In this document: piece by piece, positions 60,801 to 64,000 of the stretch
How positions within the stretch are numbered: the first letter of the stretch is position 1
How the letters are laid out: the number at the start of each line of letters is the position of its first letter
Assembly (NCBI RefSeq): GCF_902713615.1
Contig: NW_024055654.1
Location: 4,021,185 to 4,085,184, forward strand
Direction: 5' to 3'
DNA length: 64,000 nt
Source: Scyliorhinus canicula
Lineage: Eukaryota
Notes under the pieces: model-generated
Told to the model about the DNA's origin: nothing
What the model saw: the letters and a program-made list of their open reading frames with translations, nothing else
Databases searched by the model: none
Position numbers and translations under genes: made by a program

Positions 60801-62245
60801 GACCACTACCCTGAGGAACGTGGCAGATTCAGGTAAAGCAATAACTGAGACAGTGGCTCAGGTAATACAAACAGGAGCTAGTTCTGGTTAGTATCAGTTG
60901 AGTCTAGTGAAGTAACAATCCAGACATGGACATTATAATAACCGATTCCATGCTGTTGTAACCTCCTCAATACAGTGTAATATAAAATGGGCCTTAGTTC
61001 ATAATGTTAACAGCTGAGATTGACCACAGTAACAACTGAGAACTGCTGTCATAAAATCAGTAACCTGACCTAACCTAACAGTTTCCAGGGTCCTTGGCAG
61101 TCACAATTGAGAAATTCTCTGCTTCATGTAATGTCAGCAATCACGGTGTCACTGCCATCAACTGGCCAAACCTTGCTATTGCAGTTATTGATTTAAAAAA
61201 TATATTTCACTAGATGTGGCCCTCACAGGCAAGGCTAGCGGTTGTTCACCATGTTACCTGGTAAGTTACAGGGCCATTCTATTTGCATTTTTCAAGCACA
61301 CTGTCAGCTGCAGCAGGATTTGAACACGGCCTCAGTGACTGAGGCTGGGCATCTCAATTACTGGCCCAGTGACATGCCAGCTAACCCACTGCCGTTCCCA
61401 TTAAACATAGTCAGAGGGTGTTTTAAGTAGAGAAAAAGGCCGTTTGGACCGACATATATGCGTCGGCCCTCTAATGATGCAATTTGCGGAATGCCATTAT
61501 TTTCCCCGTAGTCTAGCATTGTTTTTCTTTTTGAGATTATAATCTAATTCTGCTTTGAAAGCATCAATAAACCCTACCACCACCACACAAACGAACAGTC
61601 CGGTCCACATCCTAACCACTCACTGGGTTAAAATGTTTGTCCTCATGTCTCCATACTTATTTCCCTAATTCCTTCAATCTGTGACCTCAGGTACTCGGCC
61701 CTCTCACCAGTGGGATAGTTTCCTCCATATCTACTCTGTCTAGAACCCTCATGATTTTGAATATCTCCGTCAGATCACTTCGTAACCTGATGGTCAAGGG
61801 AAATAGTCGCAACTTGTCCAATCTATCTTCGTAGATTAAGTTGCTCATCTCTGGAGCCATTCCCGTGGGCATTTTCTGCACCCACCCTAATGACTCACAT
61901 TCTCCCCTCAGTGTGATACCCACAATGCTTCAGTTCAGTGGGTTCAGGATTTAATACAAGTTTAACATAACGTCCTTTCCTCTGTATTTTATATACCCAT
62001 TGATAATTCCCATTAATTGTTTCAATGACCGGTCTCTCAATTGTCCTACCCTCACCAGTAAGTTATCTACATATACATACAGGTCTCTCTGATAAAAGCA
62101 AATTACTGCGGATGCTGGAATCAAAAACCAAAAGAGAAAATGCTGGAACATTTCAGCAGGTCTGGCAATTCTCACAGTAATTTCATTGAAAAATAAGCCT
62201 ACTTGTGACAGTGAATATTATTATAGCATCTGTAAGGAGAGAAAA

Positions 62246-62286
62246 GAGCTAACGTTTCGAGTCCAGATGACCCTTTGTCAAAGCTC
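62246..62286 (-). ncRNA. Minimal hammerhead ribozyme, U3-A8 variant
   Basis: Minus strand GAGCT-TTGACAA-A-GGGTC ATCTG GACTC-GAAA-CGT-T-AGCTC: 5-bp stem I, 5-bp stem II, palindromic ACGT stem III, C3-G8 replaced by U3-A8. Confidence 0.62.
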
Positions 62287-63200
62287 CCTCCGATCCTGAA
62301 TTATTCGTTTTATGTTATTTTGCCTTTCTGCATTCTGCAGGACATTTGAATTATTTCACATTTTTCTGCACTAAATTTAATCTGCCAATTTCCCGCCCAT
62401 TCCACAAACTTGTCTTTGTTGTTTTGAAGTTGTACATTATCCGACCGATGGTTCGCAATGTTGTCATATTTCATATCATCCATAGATATCGATAAAATCG
62501 ATAAAATCGCCCCTCTCAGACAATATAAAATGCTGCAATGCTGATCCCTGCAACATTCACTACAAATCTCCCTTCACTCCGAAAAACAGCTGGTCCACGC
62601 TGTTAGTTGTTTCCTGGAAATTTCCTTTCGATCTTGCTGCTGCCCATTTTACTTCAGGAGCTCCATTATTGCTCACAAGGTGGCGCTGCAGCACATTATC
62701 AAATTTTATTTCGAAGTTCATCAACAGAAATACTCAGACCAACCATCTCTGCTCCTCATCAGAAAATTTAAGCAACTTAATTAATCACGATTTGCCCTTA
62801 ATAAATCCTCGCACGGCTTAATTTATCAACAAAGCATTTCCACTGATGTGCCAGTTCATCACTTTCGCTGGTGGTCCCAACATTTAAATTGCAGCTAATT
62901 GCAGATTAGTGTAGGTTAAAGGCAGCTAAATGGCAAAGTGCGTCAATTGCTGTTAATTTATTTTTCTGATTGCCTTAGTTGAACAGAGGAATGTGCAGCT
63001 ATGGGAACCACATGTTGAAATTTGAGCAATTGAATGGACCTAATAACCTAAACCTGAAGTGAAATTAATCAAACTTAAAATCCTGATTAATTATTTCCAT
63101 TGGTTGAAAAGGAAATAAACATTTGCTACTCTGTATTAATTTCGACTCCACATCATCCCTTCTTAACACTTTAGCTTCATTTCACGACAATAATCATTAT

Positions 63201-63555
63201 CAGGGGCAGCATGGTAGCATGGTGGTTAGCATAAATGCTTCACAGCTCCAGGGTCCCAGGTTCGGTTCCCGGCTGGGTCACTGTCTGTGCGGAGTCTGCA
63301 TGTCCTCCCCGTGTGTGCGTGGGTTTCCTCCGGGTGCTCCGGTTTCCTCCCACAGTCCAAAGATGTGCGGGTTAGGTGGATTGGCCATGCTAAATTGCCC
63401 GTAGTGTCCTAAACGTATGGTTAAGGGGAGGAGTTGTTGGGTTACGGGTATAGGGTGGATACGTGGGTTTGAGTAGGGTGATCATTGCTCGGCACAACAT
63501 CGAGGTATACACCCAGAAGGGCCTGTTCTGTGCTGTACTGTTCTATCTATCTAGT
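63201..63555 (+). mobile_element. Full-length HE1-type V-SINE with CR1 tail
   Basis: Near identical to 53193-53540. Confidence 0.9.
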
Positions 63556-64000
63556 GTCACAGTAGGCCGACATTAACACTGCAATGAAGGTACTGTGAAA
63601 CGCCTCTAGTCATCATACTCCGGCGCCTGTTCGGGCACACAGAGGGAGAATTCAGAATGTCCAATTTACAGACAGAATGAGAAGAATTTGACGGGTCTCC
63701 TTTGACACATAGAATCCCTGAGACTTTCTGCATCAAAACAACAGTGGGATTTCAATGAGTTGCCTGTGAACATTGGCGCTGTCCGCGTGAACTACACTTC
63801 CTGGCCGCCCATGGAAATAGTCTTCTTGTGCTGTCAACAAGTTTGCCTGAAATGCGATCCAAGACCTCGGGAATGGGTGTAGCATCTATCCTTTCCTCAC
63901 CGGCCTCATTCACATCACGGATACACCCAGAATGTGCTTGTCTGCAAAATATAAACCCATCCATTCAAACCTTTTCTCCAAAAGAGTCCTCTGTGTAGTC

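Noticed and set aside
19196-63555. tRNA-like A/B boxes as tRNA genes
   Set aside because: All continue into V-domain or SINE tails; they are SINE heads, not cloverleaf tRNA genes.
63700-63950. Possible terminal exon (acceptor TTTTGCAG at ~63945, minus strand) of a neighbouring Ig cluster
   Set aside because: The translations resemble neither the IgM/IgW TM exons nor the secretory tail.

Overview
Repeat-rich vertebrate DNA from a cartilaginous fish (shark-type IgM VH, HE1/V-SINEs, CR1 LINEs); the species cannot be determined from the sequence alone. The only recognisable host gene is an immunoglobulin heavy-chain (IgM-type) minicluster on the minus strand at about 10.55-12.0 kb: leader exon, VH exon with a 23-RSS, a D1 segment flanked by 12- and 22-RSS, then a single 12-RSS leading straight into a D2-like sequence fused in frame to JH. 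This is best read as a germline pre-joined V-D-(DJ) cluster. No constant exon was found. The presumed J-C intron holds an old ~170-bp triplication, a 1.85-kb degenerate (GT/GA) array and the 3' half of a retrovirus-like LTR element (1-4656, antisense to IgH). That element has a retroviral-type RNase H and integrase but no env; in the env position it encodes a 117-aa single-pass membrane protein with a cystine-loop candidate and a juxtamembrane polybasic cluster, resembling FAST-type fusogens. The rest comprises a 4.27-kb hAT transposon (16-bp TIRs, 8-bp TSD, predicted spliced transposase broken only by 1-bp indels), several CR1 and L1 LINE copies, Penelope-like elements with minimal hammerhead ribozymes (one with a U3-A8 covariant core), V-SINEs with three different tails, an old ~3.5-kb tandem duplication, a 78-bp minisatellite and a 176-N gap. 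Many frameshifts in young elements fall in homopolymers, which suggests consensus errors in the assembly.
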